IMG/VR virus record: IMGVR_UViG_3300011113_000640
Location: 256,542-320,541 of that record
Strand: one strand, 5' to 3'
DNA length: 64,000 nucleotides
A program made the translations under genes and the position numbers. This document shows positions 63,957-64,000 of this stretch, piece after piece. The notes beneath the pieces were generated by a model that saw only the letters and a program-made list of their open reading frames with translations, was not told the origin of the DNA and searched no databases. Position 1 is the first letter of the stretch. Each line of letters begins with the position of its first letter.

Positions 63957-64000
63957 TTTTTCTTGTTGCCCCAGTTGGCGGCACCTTTCTTACGGCATTG
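63953..64000 (-). CDS. 3' end of a gene running off the window
   Basis: ...QCRKKGAANWGNKKK*; TGA overlaps the next ATG. Confidence 0.55.
   Translation of the reverse strand, partial: QCRKKGAANWGNKKK

Noticed and set aside
1-64000. Numerous short opposite-strand or alternate-frame ORFs in the supplied track (e.g. 5394-5864, 6492-7187, 41489-42016, 42911-43570, 54399-54824)
   Set aside because: Shadows of well-supported genes, without motifs or RBS
1-64000. CRISPR array, integrase/transposase, intron or intein
   Set aside because: No regularly spaced repeats and no such motifs seen; PolB and other core genes are of ordinary length and uninterrupted
1-64000. Stop-codon reassignment
   Set aside because: Conserved genes are full length in the standard code; TAA, TGA and TAG all end genes; no suppressor tRNA seen

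Overview
A 64-kb segment of a large T4-like/jumbo tailed bacteriophage genome, with almost all genes on the minus strand and the standard genetic code. It encodes replication genes (family B DNA polymerase, sliding clamp, RNase H-like 5'-3' exonuclease, DsbA-like protein) and a 7-deazaguanine pathway (FolE, two QueD-like proteins, QueE, a TGT/DpdA-like transglycosylase) interleaved with a glycosyltransferase and GalE. It also carries a large nucleotide-sugar/glycan toolkit, NadE, an RpoZ homologue, host-type envelope proteins (two Bug/TctC, a TorF-like porin, an OMP barrel, a lipoprotein with FG-GAP repeats), seven tRNAs and a circularly permuted two-piece tmRNA. The Bug proteins, DUF3460-like protein, TorF-like porin and tmRNA tag suggest a betaproteobacterial host (inference). 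Many sigma70-type promoters and T4-like TATAAATA late motifs are visible. Most striking observation: a leaderless 33-codon peptide with single Trp and Cys codons, followed by mutually exclusive antiterminator/terminator hairpins, sits at the head of an operon containing tRNA-fMet, tRNA-Cys, tRNA-Trp, a metallophosphoesterase and tRNA-Leu. This is a candidate ribosome-sensing attenuator that would switch on phage tRNAs when the matching host tRNAs fail. All calls are by eye from motifs; no searches or folding programs were run.
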